DNA from: a bacterium
GTDB taxonomy: Bacteria > UBA8248
Assembly: GCA_965204535.1 (NCBI GenBank)
Contig: CBDBEV010000001.1
Location: 1,248,001 to 1,312,000 of the forward strand
DNA length: 64,000 bases
Direction: 5' to 3'
The notes below the pieces were generated by a model that did no database searches, was not told where the DNA came from, and saw nothing but the letters and a program-made list of their open reading frames with translations. Positions 63,091 to 64,000 of this stretch are shown here, one piece after another (within the stretch, counting starts at the first letter, position 1; every line of letters begins with the position of its first letter). A program made the position numbers and the translations under genes.

Positions 63091-63776
63091 TACGAGGCCT
63101 GGTTGCGCTCCAGCATGTCCAGCACGTCGTCCGTTTGCGTTATCCAGCCGAATTTCGATTCGAAGTTGTAGAGCGTCGCCTCGCGGGTGAAGTCAGGTCC
63201 CGTGTGATCCATTGCGTCCTCGACGAGAATGGGCCAGAACTCGCGGAAATAGGCTTCGCGCGCCGTGCTCTCCACGCAGACGTTCGTGGCCACGCCGGTG
63301 AAGAGGATGTGCCGGATGTCGAGGCCGTTCAACTGGTTTTCCAGCGTCGTTCCCGCGAAGCCGCTGTAGCGGGCCTTCTTCACCACCAGGTCGTCCGGCT
63401 CGGGCTTGAGCTCGTCGATGATCTCCCACCCCCACGTCCCCTCGATGATGAGCTTGTCGCGGTCCTCTGGGCGTTCCTCGATCATCTTGAACGCCATGTG
63501 CTTGCGGACGTTGGGCGACTGCGGCCCGCCGGCGTCGCTCAAGTCGGGCTTGTAGCCGAACTGGAGATAGATGACCTTCACGCCCGCCGCGCGCGCCGCA
63601 GCGAGCAGGCGCTGATGGGCCGCGATGACGGGGTTCGTGCGGGCCTCATCGATGCCCGTTCCCAAATCGAGCATTCCGCCCTTCTTGGCATAAGCGTTCT
63701 GCATGTCGACCACGATGAAAGCGGTTCGCCCTAAGTCGATCTCCACCTCCCGGGGCCGCGCCTTGAGGATGGCCAT
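63090..63776 (-). CDS. Isochorismatase family cysteine hydrolase (RutB-like)
   Basis: VVDMQNAY, KARYSGF, GVATNVCVEST, NFESKFGW. Confidence 0.88.
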   Translation of the reverse strand: MAILKARPREVEIDLGRTAFIVVDMQNAYAKKGGMLDLGTGIDEARTNPVIAAHQRLLAAARAAGVKVIYLQFGYKPDLSDAGGPQSPNVRKHMAFKMIEERPEDRDKLIIEGTWGWEIIDELKPEPDDLVVKKARYSGFAGTTLENQLNGLDIRHILFTGVATNVCVESTAREAYFREFWPILVEDAMDHTGPDFTREATLYNFESKFGWITQTDDVLDMLERNQAS

Positions 63777-63968
63777 GCGTCTTCTCCATGAGTATCAGGG
63801 CAAAAATTTCTCCGATGCTTCTTTATAGCACACGGGGCGAAGCGATGCGCCTTTGGGGACAAATTCCGACCGAAGAGGAAGGAATTCTTTCGACGGGGGA
63901 GGGGCTGATGAAACACCTGGCATGTGACCCCTGCGAAGATCGCTTCCAACCGAGGAGAATCCCAAATC

Positions 63969-64000
63969 CACTCCCCTCTTGAGGGGGTTGTTGAAAAAGT
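63969..64000. repeat. Left end of another MITE-like element (truncated by the window)
   Basis: CACTCCCCTCTTGAGGGGGTTGTTGAAAAAG, as at 14966. Confidence 0.75.

Overview
GC-rich bacterial chromosome segment. Gene content (kdsB-pyrG-kdsA order, many paralogous catabolic enzymes, REP-dense intergenic DNA) suggests an uncultured Gram-negative heterotroph, possibly Nitrospinota/Tectomicrobia-like; this is inference only. It holds about 55 CDS, one tRNA-Arg(CCG) and two cobalamin riboswitches upstream of a BtuB-like TonB receptor. Other content: an LPS/exopolysaccharide glycosyltransferase cluster, tandem catabolic paralogs (2 CocE/NonD, 3 beta-hydroxyacid dehydrogenases), NfeD-slipin, RloAB-like defence genes and HicA/DUF1902 and zeta-like TA remnants. 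No CRISPR array, rRNA, integrase or transposase was seen. The most notable observations are: (1) a nested mosaic of palindromic repeats and MITE-like elements with compensatory base changes between copies, which brackets small cargo genes and splits a tandem B12 riboswitch with a 7-bp target duplication; (2) a bactofilin-TM-TPR fusion followed by BON- and SH3-like envelope genes; (3) small cassettes inserted with duplication of neighbouring 5' or terminator DNA; (4) a frameshifted HicA and an exported thermonuclease-fold protein lacking catalytic residues. All calls are by eye from motifs; no database search was run.
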